Of a stretch of DNA of 64,000 nucleotides, positions 25,311 to 37,472 are shown in pieces. Source of the stretch: Puccinia triticina (Eukaryota); assembly GCA_026914245.1 (NCBI GenBank), contig CP110439.1, positions 4,154,001 through 4,218,000 of the forward strand. Direction: 5' to 3'. Under the pieces are notes generated by a model. It saw only the letters and a program-made list of their open reading frames with translations. It was not told where the DNA came from and made no database searches. Numbering within the stretch: the first letter of the stretch is position 1; each line of letters starts with the position of its first letter. A program made the translations under genes and the position numbers.

Positions 25311-28244
25311 CTAAGCGTCGACGAGCTCGAAGGAGATAGTGACGAAGATCTCTTCCTCGACGTTGTTCTGGGCGTCGATGCGGGTGGAGCGGAGGGTGTA
25401 GCGGACGGGCATGTCGCCGAAGACCTTGGCGACGTTAATCTTGACGGGGCCGATGGCGAGGTCGAAGGTGTTGAAGTCCATGAAGGGCGAGAAGAACGAG
25501 GTGGCATAGACCCTATCCCCCCACAGACACAACAAAACTCAGCACTTCTGGCAGCGGACAGGGGGGAGGGGGGGGGGGGGGAGGGGAGGGGGCTTACACG
25601 TCGGGGTCGTAGACGAACGCTTTGCGGTGCTTGCCGCCGCTCTCGGAGAAGTGCTTCCGCCGCTTCTGGACATTGACGCTCTTGTCGAGGAACACGAACG
25701 TGTTGTCCTACGGGCCACCGAAGACGTCAGCATGAGCACCGCAGAAAACAAAGAGGGGGGCAGGGACGGACCTCGAGGATGTCGGTGGTGGGGTTCTTGA
25801 ACCGCCACGGGCCCAGCAGCTCCTGCACAGGGTCCTGACTAGCAGCAGCAGCAGCGGAGGCGGTGGTGGTGGTGGTGTCGGGGGCGAGGTTGAGCATGTT
25901 TGCAAACATGAGGTCGCCGACTTCGACGTCCTCGAGCACCGGCGCCTCGTCGATCTCAGTCTGGGAGGGGCTGGCGAGAGTGGGGGACGACGTCTGGGCA
26001 GCCGCAGCCGGCACGAGGGCGGCGGGCTCCTCGAGCGGGGTGGTGGTGGTGGTGGCGGGCTCGTCGGGGCCGAGGAAGGAGGCGCGCGAGTGGCCGACGG
26101 GGGTGTGGCTGCTGGAGCTGGGGGCGGGCGAGCCGGCAAGCTGGGCGCTGGCGGCAGTGGGGCTGCTGCTCAGGCCGGGCGGCTCGGGCTCCCGCGCGTC
26201 CTGGCTGCCGTGGGAGGCGAGCTCGGTGAACCGGCTCTCGCCGGGCACAGTCTGTGCCGACTGCTCGTCCACGTCGCTGCACGAGGTGGCGCTGGTCCGG
26301 GTGGAGCGCGAGTGGCTGGCGGTGGACGGCGAGGAGAGCCGGGTGGAGGCTTCCTTGTCCGACTTGACCATCGACAGGCGGCCCGACGAGCCCTGCCGCG
26401 GACTGCCGTTCTCGTGCGCGGGCTCCTGGCGGTGTCTTTGGCCCGGGGAGGAGGAGGAGGAGGAGGAAGAGGCGGCGGCGGCCTGGTGGATGGTGAACAG
26501 GCTGGACTCGGTGCTCTGCATCTTGAGCCCGGCCATGGTGGATGCAAAGTCGAACGAGCGGGTGTGGTCGAGGGACGTGCTCCGGGCCTTTCCCTGCTGC
26601 TGCTGCTGCTGCTGTTCGTCGACGGACACGTCTGGGAGGACGGTGGACGCGGGGTGGTAGTGGGATTGCGGGCGGGGCATGAGCGAGCAGCTCCGGCCCA
26701 GATTCTTGACCGTCTCTGTCGAGCGCGAGTCGGTCCTTAGCGTCTGCGAGCTGTCCCTGACAAGCGGTCCGGGGGGAAGTCTCCGGGAAGCCGCGCGCGA
26801 GACGGTGGTGCTGGGCACCGGACTTCCGAGAGTGTCGCTGCGCGTCTTGGTCGAGAAGGCGGTGGAGTAGGACTTGCGTTTGCTGGGCGTGTTGGTGGGG
26901 GGAGAGGGTGTGGCTGAGGTGGCTGAGACGGCGGCGGAGGAGGACAGGCTGGGGGTGATTTTCTTGAAGGCGATCTTGAGTTTCTTGAGCCCATGCTTGA
27001 CTTTGTTGCTGCTCTTCTTGAGCGCCTCTTCGCTCTCCTGCGCCCCGCTGGGGCTCGGCGGCCCGGGGGAGGGTCTCTGGGCGGGCATCGAGTCGTCCTC
27101 GCCGTTGATCTCGATCATCCGGTGCGCCTGCGCCTCGCCCTCCCGCTCGTTGGCTTCGATCTCCGCATCCTGGTACAGGTCGCGCATCCCCGCGCCCAGA
27201 CTGATCTGGTGGCGGGGGAAGATGCGCCGGGGCGAGAAGCGGTAGGAGGAGGCCGAGTTCAGCGCGGGGCGGCTGTCGTTCATCCCCTCGATGGCGGTCG
27301 AATAGGTGGCGTAGGAGGACGGGGCGCGGCAGGAGAGTGCATCTGCGTCGTCGAATTCGTCGTCCTCGTTGTCGGTGGTCTGGCCGGTGGCCAGATTGTC
27401 GGCGAGAGTGGGGGGTTGAGGGCCTTCAAGGAGAGAGTCTTGCTGGTGGAGGGGCTGGGCGAGCAGATGGCTGTTCTTGGCGATGAAGGCATCGATCCGG
27501 GCGTGGTCGGATTTGAGGCCGATGAATCGCCAGTAGCGCCTGGGGTGGCGGCCGATCTTCTTCTTGCCGGCGGTGGCGCCGAGCTCTGCCGGGTCGACCT
27601 GCTCCATGGGCACCATGTCGTCCGCCTCGCTGTCCAGGGTGTTGTGGTGGTCGTCCTCGCGGTCCGACTGGCGCAGACAGACGAGGGCGTCGCTCAGCCG
27701 GTCTGGGCAGGGCCATGCACAGAGTGTGTTCATGCAGGCCAGATAGGGGCTCATGATGAACGGGCGCTCGCTGGGTGGGGTGAGGTCGTAGAAGACGTTG
27801 GGGTCGATCCAGCGGGCGACCCGCATGCCGGCATTGAAGGCGCTCTTGGGGAAGTCGACGATGTGGTCGAAGTCACTGGAGATGGATAGATAAGCTTGGG
27901 TTGTGTAGTATGTAAGGGGGGTTGTGTTATGTATGTAATGTTTATGTATGTGCATACCTGCCGAAGTGGATTTCCTCGCCCGAGTAGAGTTGGACGCCGT
28001 CGCGTTTCTTGAAGCGGCCTTCGATCTGGATGTCGAACTTGCGGCTGCGGCCGTCGAAGTAGACGTGGTTGCGGATGGGGGGGGAGCCGTCGTGAGTGAT
28101 GCCTTCGAAGTCCCTGATCTTGATGAGGACGCGGCCGACGAAGTATTCGGAGTTGATGATGGTGGGCTGTGCGGAGTCGTTGACGTGTGCGATTTCCATC
28201 TGCTGGCGGTTAGGGCCAATCATGATCTTCAGCCTCTTCGTCAT
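25311..28244 (-). CDS. DUF1769-like protein; exons 28244-27958, 27875-25772, 25707-25598, 25512-25311
   Basis: GT-AG introns restore one frame: MTKRLKIMIGP..HVND..SEYFVGRVLIKIRDF..YFDGRSRKFDIQIEGRFK..FGSDFD..WIDP..SPYL, a long S/P/A-rich insert, then KRRKHF..FVYDPD..FFSPFMDFN..MPVRYTLR..FELVDA*. Confidence 0.85.
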
Positions 28245-28869
28245 CGCAGCGGGCCTTGGGTGGGGGGTGGAGCAGGTGTGGGGTGATGAAGGCGGTGAGG
28301 AAGGGGGTGAGGATGAGGTTGGTGAGGAGGACGACGAAGAGGGGCGGAATGGTGTCGGCTGGCGGGGATGGTCAAGAAGAGGAGTGAGGGTGTTAGTTGG
28401 TTGGTTGTTGGTTGTGGTGTGTGGGTGTGCTGGCAGTGGGATTGTAATTGTATGAAGGAAAAGACCAAGAAGATGAGGCTCGTCGGCAGGGTCGGCCTGG
28501 CTCAGAGTGAAGGCTGAGCAGCCCCGACAGTCGCACCAACCATGCGACTCTCCTTCGGGCAGGCCAATCTGCCCAATCCGCGAGCACCATCCCCACCAGC
28601 AGAGCACCCCTTCAAACTAAAAAAGCTCTTGCAAAGTATGTACATAGGCAGTGAGCTGCAAGTGAGCATCGTACGCGCAAGTCGCAGTGTATGTACAATA
28701 CCCCACAACAATACATTTCACTTTCGCACACATCCCATAACAACACACCACCCCCCGCAAATGGGCATCAGAAACCCCCCGGAAATAGTAGAATCCCCCG
28801 CCTCGGCCTGCCCAAAACCGATCGACCGAACAGTCAACAGCGTGCAAACAAAGACAGCCCACCCCCCTC

Positions 28870-28923
28870 ATCCCATCCCCATCCCCATCCCCATCCCCAT
28901 CCCCATCCCCATCCCCATCCCAT
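28870..28923. repeat. (CCCCAT)n microsatellite upstream of the RRM gene
   Basis: Direct reading, about 8-9 units. Confidence 0.9.
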
Positions 28924-28982
28924 CTCATATACACTACACACACAGGCTTAAACAACCCTCAAGAACTACATCGCCACAAACA

Positions 28983-30324
28983 ATGACCACTGCCACCAAC
29001 GGAACCGACGGCGCAGCTGCCATCACTGACGCATTGGAGGCCACCACCCTCCAAGAGCTGGGCAAAAAGGTGCGCTGAACCGGCTTATCATCTTCCCTGC
29101 CACCAAGCCCCTCAAACGCCAGAGCTCACATTAACTGCTCCTGCAGGTGTTCATCGGAAATCTCAGTTTTGCGACCAAGGAAGACCACCTGCGAGAATTG
29201 TTTGGCAAGCATGGCGAAATGTAAGTGGCCTCGATCCTGTATCATCGTAGTGCACCCAACCTCACTGACGAGCTTTCAAAACCCTACCCGTACTTAACTG
29301 TCCAGCTCGGACGTGCAAATCATCCACCGTGGGGCGCGCTCCCTGGGCTACGGCTTCGTCACCTTCACCACCCTCGAGGAAGCCGAAAAGGCCGTGGCAG
29401 CCACAGACAAGAATGAGATCGACGGCCGTCCCATCAACGTCGAGATCGCCAAGCCCGCCCCTGTAAGTTGGTGGCCGCCTCCACCTGTTCACAGATCTCT
29501 TGCTCACGGAGATGGCAATGCTCTGTCTCTTCCAGGGCCAACCCGGCGGCGCAGTCCCGCGTGCGGCGGCCCGGGCCGCTCGGGCATCCAAGCCCCGCCA
29601 AGCCAACGGGGCCGCCAAGGGCAGCGACGAGGAGCCCGAGGGCCCTGCGGACGCCAAAGCCGCCAAAAGCAGCGCCGGGCGCACCCGCAACAGGCGCCAT
29701 GGCCGCACACGTCGCCCCGCCGGCGAAGCGAAACCCGAAGCCACCGGCGACGACCACGGCGCGCTCACCGACCCTTCCACCCACAACGAGGACGATCCGG
29801 CCGGCAAACCCCGCCCCAAGCGCGTCCGCACCCGGCGTCCAAAGGAAGCCGCGCCCGCCGAGCCCCGCGGCGAGAAACGCACCAGGAGGAAAGGAGCGCC
29901 CGAAGGCGAACCCAGCCAAACGTTTGTCCCCACACCTCACTTTCCCGAACCACACAGATCGGGTCCTGACTCGCCGAACCCTTCGGTCTGATCGGCACAT
30001 GGCAGGCTGCTGTTTGTCGCCAACCTGCCCTTCACGGTGACGGACGCGAAGCTGAAGGAGCTCTTCGGGAGCTACAAGGTGGCCTCGGCGCACGTGGTCT
30101 GTCGCAAGTACGGGGCCACCGTCGGCCGCTCGAAGGGCTTCGGCTTTGTCGACTTCGACGACCACGAGAGCCAGCTGAAGGCCTTGGAGGAGGTCCAGGG
30201 CAAGGAGCTCGACGGCCGCGCCTTGAGCCTCAAGGTCGCCGTCAACGAAAACAAAAAGGAGGACGAGCCCCCGGCGGAGAACAACGACGCCCCCGCCGTC
30301 GCTGCCGAACCCGCAGCCGCTTAA
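28983..30324 (+). CDS. Two-RRM RNA-binding protein, about 340 aa; exons 28983-29069, 29147-29220, 29306-29462, 29536-29921, 30006-30324
   Basis: RNP2 VFIGNL + RNP1 LGYGFVTF; Arg-rich linker; RNP2 LFVANL + RNP1 KGFGFVDF; four GT-AG introns keep the frame (1023 nt in total). Confidence 0.93.
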
Positions 30325-30849
30325 ACCACCCCCCCACCACTCCTCATCGCTTCCTTGTTGAATATATGTACATAGTTCTCCTTGTCGGACTAAGCTGCAT
30401 CTAGTACATCCCCCAAACTTTCATTTCCTTGGTTTTTCGTATTTTGCAATTATCACGTCCGTGCCACTCGAAGTGTTTTGTTTCTTTTACCCCCGTCGCT
30501 CTAATCCCAACCTGGTCGTTGTCCTGTCGTCTCCGCCGCCCGAGTGTCCATCCCCGTCGTCTCCGCCGCCCGAGTGTCCATCCCCGCATGCTTGCATCCT
30601 CTCCATAGACCCTGTCGCAAATACATCATCAGACTCTTTTCTTTCTTTTCCTGCGGCCATTCCTCCATGCCTGGGCACTCCCAATCAGCCGGGCTCGCGT
30701 TCGCAGCAATGGGCTGCTGGTTTTGTGCGCCCATGCAGCCTTCAGGAAGGGTTGTGCAATGGAGGTGGGACTACATGAGGACCAATGGCAAACCTAGGCC
30801 TTACCAAAGCATGAGTGTGATGGGACAGGATGGGTTTGGCCAGAGGTTG

Positions 30850-31830
30850 TCATGATGAAGACTGCATAATCACGGGGTGGCAAACATGGGTTGGACAGGG
30901 TGTGGAGGACCAGGTCATATCCTCCCCCACCTCAATTCTTTGACTTGCTGTGTAACAAAAAGCCTCCTTCCTTTGTCTTCGAATCGGATCGACCGTCAAG
31001 ATCCTCAACCAACCCGCACGTAAGCCATCTCTCCTCTCTTTTGTTGAACATTTTGTAGCAACTGACCGCCATCTCTGTCTGTGATCCAGACAGAGATGCT
31101 CCTTCTTCGACCTCCTGACCCGTTCGCGGAAATGGCTCCCCTCGGGAGAAGCTTGGGAACAAAGCTTCTCTTGCCGGTTGGCCTCGTCTACTCGGTGGTG
31201 GTATTGTGTCCTGGTAGTCAAGGCATTGGGTTTAAAGGCCAGGGCCTTTCCCCTTCCTCCTCTCTACTCGCCTCAGGTGCTTGTTTCCTTAACTTTTCCC
31301 AGTATTCACACTTGTCCTATTCATTCAAACACCCGAGTACTACCTGTAGCTTCACCATGAGTAGCATGGATGAGGCTCCCATTCCCCTTTTTTGTCCTGT
31401 GCCTTCCTTAATCAATCAAATTGGCCCTCTTCCCGGCAATCACGACTGCCCAATCTCTGTAGCTTCCTCAGCTTCCCTCGCTGGGCGTGGGGTTGCTGGT
31501 TATGGCGGACAAGGAGGACGTGGTGGTCAAGGTGGTCAAGGTAGTTGAGGTGGTTGAGGTGGTCGAGGTGATTGCGGAGGCCGCTGTGAGAACTCCTTTG
31601 GGACGGGTGGCAGTTCTGTGAGGGGGGGATAACAAATATGATATTGTAATTAAGCAATATTTATGTTACAAGTGGTTTGAAGGACCTGCCCCTCTATTGT
31701 ACTACACAAGGATTCTGACAACAAAATTCATTTATTTTTGTGGCAAAACCTTGATAGAGATCACTATGTGCAGTAGTGTCTATCAGACTTAGACCAAACA
31801 ATGTAGATGATGTGCAATGACACAAGCTAT
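30850..31830 (-). pseudogene. Probable decayed gene with a Pro/Arg-rich repeat; boundaries approximate
   Basis: After the acceptor CCCTCACAG (about 31618) the frame reads ELPPVPKEFSQRPPQSPRPPQPPQLP*PP*PPRPP with CGA>TGA stops; TATA-like element near 31965. Confidence 0.35.
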
Positions 31831-32204
31831 TTAAGAACCTGATTATTGTCACAGGTGTTGGGTGAGTGGATGTTTGAGATCACACTGTTAAATGAATGAG
31901 TGACTGGTTGGTTGGTGGCTGCTTTTCACACGCAGAATTCAGATGAGGGGGGGAGGAAGGGCTCCTTATATAGTCTATCTACAAGGCGGCCAACATGTGG
32001 TTCTAGCCCTAAGTCTAATTGAATATGCATACAAATATGGCCAACTTGTGGTTCTAGCCCTAACTCTAATTGAATATGCACAAAAAATATGACCCAGTTG
32101 TGGTTGGCTCTAATACCATATTATGTACTACCAATGTACTACTATACCATGTACTTATGTTGGATGAAAACCATTAAACAAAAATAACTTTTGACTGAGT
32201 CAAG

Positions 32205-32512
32205 CAACGCTGCAACAAATCCAATACATGTATTTGTATTCCCCCGTATTGGATCATATTGTATTGCATATACATTGTATTTGTATTGTATTGCTCATGC
32301 AATACAATAGGCTGTATTTTTGCATTTTGTATTGCCCCCCTGATATGTAATATCTTTTGGATTGGCTTGGTCAATACATTTTATTTGGACTGTATTGTAT
32401 TGTATTGGGGGGCAATACAATACAAATACACTAAGTCATTTTGTATTTGCAGAGAAATCCAATACAATGTATATGCATATACAATACGTGTATTGGATTT
32501 GTTGCACTGTTG
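32205..32512. mobile_element. MITE with CAAC..GTTG ends, 7-bp TSD and CAATAC/GTATTG motif arrays
   Basis: CAACGCTGCAACAAATCCAATAC / GTATTGGATTTGTTGCACTGTTG; flanks AGTCAAG / AGTCGAG. Confidence 0.87.
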
Positions 32513-35060
32513 AGTCGAGCTATCCTGGTGGTTCAAGTGAGTGACTAGGGGTTAAATGACCAGTAGAATCTAATTATGCAATAATAAATCTAAGGCCCCG
32601 TTTGGCCGCGTGATGTAATATGATAAATTGGGCAATTTATAACGGGGGGCGCCCGGGGTATCACACCTGTTTATTTGGTGTTTGGGGCTGCCAATGATAT
32701 TGTAAAATGCATTACCCCACATCACCAAAAAAATATCACCCCCGCCATTTTGGAAATAGAGGTCAGGACCTCTATTTCCGGGTGATATATCGGTGACTAC
32801 ATATGTACTCACCCCCCAGTCATCAAGCTGCACCTCTCGATGACCGATCATCTGGTCATCAAGAAGGACACAACCTCTTGATGACTGGTCAACCAATCAT
32901 CGAAGAGGAAACAACCTCTGGATGACCGGTTGGACTGGCCATCCAGACACAACCTCTGGATGACCGTTCTGACTGGCCATCCAGACACAACCTCTGGATG
33001 ACCGTTCTGACCGGCCATCCAGAGGACTTCACCTCTCAATGATCACCGGTTCAACCGGTCATCGAAGAGGACACACCCTCTTGATGACCGGCCAACCGGT
33101 CATTGAAGAGGACAGACCCTCTTGATGATTGGTCAACCGGTCATCAAAGAGGACATAACCTCGGGAGTCTGGTTGACCGGTCATCAAGAGGGTGTGTCCT
33201 CTTTGATGGCCAGTCAACCGCTTCACCTCTTGATGACCAGTCAACAGGTCATCGAGAGGTTGTGTCCTCATGACCAGTTGACCGGTCATCGAAAGGAGTT
33301 CAGCTCTCGATGAACAGTCAACCGGTCATCAGGAGCTGAAGCCCTCTGGATGACCGGTTCAACCAATCATCAGGAGCTGAACTCCTCTAGATGACCGGTT
33401 CAACCGGCCATCCAGAGGAGTTCAGCTCTCAATGACCGGGTGATCGGACATTGAGAGGTGGGCTCCTCTCAATGACCGGATGATTGAGAGGAGTTCAGCT
33501 CTCTCGATGTCCGGTTGACCGGTCATCAAGAGGAGTTCAGCTCTCTCGATGTCCGGTTGACCAGTCATCGAGAGGAGTTCATCTCTTGATGTCCGATCAA
33601 CCGGACATCAAGAGAGGTGAATGTTCTTGATGGACCAAGAGACGTTCCTGATGGACCGTTCATCAAAGAGGAGTTCAGCTCTTGATGACCAATCAACCGG
33701 TCATCAAGAGCTGAATTCCTCTGGATGGCCGGTCAGAGCTGAACGCTCTTGATGGACCGTTCATCAAAGAGGACTTGACCTCTTGATGACCAATCAACCA
33801 GTCATTGAGAGGTGAACTCCTCTGGATGGCCGGCCAAACCGTTCATCCAGAGGTTAGGTCCTCTTTGATGACCGTTGTGGTGCTCCATTCCAAACCATAA
33901 GTAGTATTTTATTGCTTTTCTTTACATACATTCATCATTACATTTCCCATTTCCCCCATAACCCTTCACAAATACTTCATTATTATTGCATATTCAGATT
34001 CTACGCCAAATTTCACCTATAGTCACTCATACATAGTACCCCCTTATCTTCAATGGTTCAGTAGTTATAAAGGATATAAGACTTACAGACAACCTACATT
34101 CTTCATTAGTTACAATACTCATTTCATTAGTAACCTACTTGAATCATTACAGTAAATTCCTTTTACATATTTATTCTCACATACTAAACCCTTTACATAC
34201 ATTTCTCATTATGTACTATGCCTATTGTACACATTACATCATTGGATCTGTGCTTACCTCTTTCAGTAGTGCTCATCATTACAAGTAGTTACTATGTTCT
34301 CATCACTCTTCCCCATTAGTACATTCTTTTATTCCCATAACCAGCATTCCCCTTTCAGCATTGCTCATCATTACATACTGTTACTATGTTCACATCACTC
34401 TTCCTCATTTGTACAACCTTCATTCTCATAGCCAGAACTCCTTATTGTCTGTGCTCATCCTTCCTTCATATAAGAACTGTCTTTCCCCCCTCACTTGTAC
34501 CTTATGAGAATTTATATATAATTTTAGATACAGAAATTATAAGTGCCCATTCTCATCAACCCCTTGCCATTAAACCTTGCCATTGCATTCCCCACACTCA
34601 TCACTCCTCCAACTCTCTTACCCTCAGTAGTCAGTAGTTAAAGCTCATAGTACTAGCTCCTAAGATCAAGCAGAAATCAGCCACACCTTTTTCTTCTTTT
34701 TCTTAGTGTTACTCTCATCCCCTCAGCATTAGTCAGGAAGGCAGCCTCATCAGCACCCTTGCATAGCTTACATTAGTACTAGTGTTGCTATCCATTTCCC
34801 TTCCAAGCTCTATTCTCCCCCTTGATTAGTTCCACAAGTGGTGTCCCAACAGTGGCCTTTCTATACTTCAGATATCTTCAGCTCTAGTAACACTCTTACC
34901 ATCAGCTACATACTACTTCACCTACACTCCTCATACTCCTTTCTTTATAAATCAACTCCCTGCTTTTAGAATCAACTTCAACCAACAGTAACACTATCAG
35001 CATCTCCACTGTCAACCCTCAACACCCTTCAGATTTAGAGTCAACTTATCTGCTTCAATC

Positions 35061-37472
35061 ATGTCTGCCCAAGGATCCCCCAACACCAATGTTGCTCCCA
35101 GTCTTTACCCTCCAGTGGATCCTTCCAGTAATGCTGCAGTTCAGGACCCCACCACTTCCAACGCTGGTCAGACTCAGGTTCCTCCCAATGGTCCAGGTCC
35201 ACAGGCTTCTTCCAATGCTCCAGATCCCCAGGGTTCTTCTACTCCACAAGTCAACTCCAGTTCTTACAGACCTCCACTTGGACCTCAAACTTCCAGTATT
35301 CCTAGATACACAGGATATAGAGATACCAATCAGCCTTCAGAAGATTCAGAGGATTTAAATGCGCCACCACCCCGCTTTCCCAGGTTCCAGCGCCAAAGGG
35401 ATGACTCAACACACTCTACCAGGTCCAACACTCACTTTTTAAATAGGGAACCAGCTATGCCTAGGTATGAGGATCCTGTCAGTAGAGGAGTAAAGATCAA
35501 ACCCATGGACAAAGAGCTCTTCTTTGATGGAACCAACATGCCTGTGGAGAAGTTCATTAGAAGGTATGAAAGTGCTGGAAGAGATGATGGTGCTAACTCT
35601 AAGGAACTGGCTGGACAAATCATTGCTTTTATCAAAGGGTTGGACCTTAAGGATGAAGTGGAAGACATGTCAGGCCATGAAAACTTGGATTGGGAAACCC
35701 TGAAGAAACAGCTACTCACCAGGTTTGGAACTTCTCAGCCATTGGTCAGATATACCAGGGAGGATCTCAGGAAACTAGTCTACAAATCTGCCCAGGATGG
35801 AGGAATCAGCACCTTGGAAACCTTCAACACATTCAGAAACAAGTTTGAAACCATCACTCACTACTTGGTAAGAATGGGGTACAGTACCAGCCTGGAGGAA
35901 TTCAGACACCTTCTTTTGGAAACTCTTCACAAGGATCTGGATCAAAGAGTTACTAGGAGCTTGATGAGGGACAATCAAATGCTAGCCTCAAAGGATGGAG
36001 GTGATATCTTGCCAGACACTGAAACTCTTCTTACCTACATTCACCAGGAAGTTTACTCAAGATCAGTGGTCAACAGAAGGACTGAATGGAGGGCAGAAGA
36101 GAAATTCACTTTGGACAACTCACCTAGGACCTTCAAACCCACACCTGCTACTCAGGGAACTGCTCCTACTGCTTCTATTTCTCTGGACAAACAAGTGGAA
36201 CTCCTTACCAAACAACTTGCATCCCTCACTGCTGGCAAAGGACTACCTCCCCACATGGACAAACCTGCTAGGACCTGGCCATTCAAATGCTATTATTGTC
36301 ATCAGGAAACCCATGGAACCAACAGCTGCTCTCAACTTGCCCAGGACATGTCTAGTGGTGCTGTTATCAAGGATGGCAGAGATTACAGACTTCCAGACAA
36401 ATCAGTTATTCCCTGGATTCCAAGCAGACCAATCAGAACCCCAGTGGAAGAGTACTCTAAAACTAAGCTCACATCTTCTTTTGGCCAACTAGAGGAGGAC
36501 CCAGCCTATTATCAAACCCACAGTTATGAAGCAGACCTTGGAAAGAGGACCAGAAACAACTCTAAGGATCAGGATGAGGAGGAACCAGCCAAGTCAGACA
36601 AAAGGATCAGGAAGGAGAAACAGGACCTAATGGACATGGATACAGAGGAATTACTTCACATGACACAGCCCCCTACTCCTAGTGCTTCCAAATCCCCTAC
36701 TTCAAAAGGCTCCCCTCAAGTCAGATTCCAGGATAAGGACAAGGATTCAACCACTGCACCTAAGGACAAACCAGTTAAGAAGACCTATTTGGAAAAGACT
36801 TTGGCCAAGGAGTACCCAGGAATTGAAGAGGAAGTGGCTAGTAGGATGTTGACTGCAGGAAAGATGGAGTTGGCCTTTGGAGAAATCTTTGCTATATCAC
36901 CAGGAGTTACTGACTGTATTAGGAAGAAGATAACCAACAGAAGGGTCCCATTGGATGGTGTCAAATCAGCAAACTTCACAGACATGGAGGATGGAGAAGA
37001 ACCAGCACAGGAGCAACCCACTACTCACTACTCCTGCCCCCTTGGATACATCACCATCACTATTGGAGGAGAGAAACATCAAGCACTCTTGGATACTGGA
37101 TCTATGGTCAACATTATTCCTGAAACTCTTGCACATAAACTTGGATTAGTACTCACTGCTAAATCTATGAAGCTCAAAGTAATTGGAGGTCACCTTACTG
37201 ATATACCTGGAATTGCTGAAGATGTGGAGGTAACCATTGGGAAAGTAGTCAGGACAGTTCATTTCTGGGTAGCCAAAGGACCAGTTCAGATGATTATTGG
37301 AAAGCCTTTCTTGATGGATGTCTCAGCTAACATCAACTACAATGGAGCCAGAGGAGAAGCACTTTCAATCATGGATTCAGCTGGTCAGACTTTTTTGGTT
37401 CCAATCATACTCCCCAGTAATCAGAAGTGGGAAACCAGCATACCTTCCAATTCTGGACTGGTAAATTTTTGA
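35061..37472 (+). CDS. gag: Gypsy gag-protease (803 aa)
   Basis: FDGTNMPVEKFIRRYE; knuckle CYYCHQETHGTNSC; aspartic protease ALLDTGSMVNII..IIGKPFL. Confidence 0.93.
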   Translation: MSAQGSPNTNVAPSLYPPVDPSSNAAVQDPTTSNAGQTQVPPNGPGPQASSNAPDPQGSSTPQVNSSSYRPPLGPQTSSIPRYTGYRDTNQPSEDSEDLNAPPPRFPRFQRQRDDSTHSTRSNTHFLNREPAMPRYEDPVSRGVKIKPMDKELFFDGTNMPVEKFIRRYESAGRDDGANSKELAGQIIAFIKGLDLKDEVEDMSGHENLDWETLKKQLLTRFGTSQPLVRYTREDLRKLVYKSAQDGGISTLETFNTFRNKFETITHYLVRMGYSTSLEEFRHLLLETLHKDLDQRVTRSLMRDNQMLASKDGGDILPDTETLLTYIHQEVYSRSVVNRRTEWRAEEKFTLDNSPRTFKPTPATQGTAPTASISLDKQVELLTKQLASLTAGKGLPPHMDKPARTWPFKCYYCHQETHGTNSCSQLAQDMSSGAVIKDGRDYRLPDKSVIPWIPSRPIRTPVEEYSKTKLTSSFGQLEEDPAYYQTHSYEADLGKRTRNNSKDQDEEEPAKSDKRIRKEKQDLMDMDTEELLHMTQPPTPSASKSPTSKGSPQVRFQDKDKDSTTAPKDKPVKKTYLEKTLAKEYPGIEEEVASRMLTAGKMELAFGEIFAISPGVTDCIRKKITNRRVPLDGVKSANFTDMEDGEEPAQEQPTTHYSCPLGYITITIGGEKHQALLDTGSMVNIIPETLAHKLGLVLTAKSMKLKVIGGHLTDIPGIAEDVEVTIGKVVRTVHFWVAKGPVQMIIGKPFLMDVSANINYNGARGEALSIMDSAGQTFLVPIILPSNQKWETSIPSNSGLVNF

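Noticed and set aside
25560..25592. G-run, possible G-quadruplex
   Set aside because: Lies in a short intron as a C-rich tract; no further support
25251..28455. Long plus-strand ORFs
   Set aside because: Antisense shadows of the GC-rich DUF1769-like gene
34386..34637. Identical 83-aa ORF here and at 44148-44399
   Set aside because: Chance ORF duplicated because it lies in the LTRs
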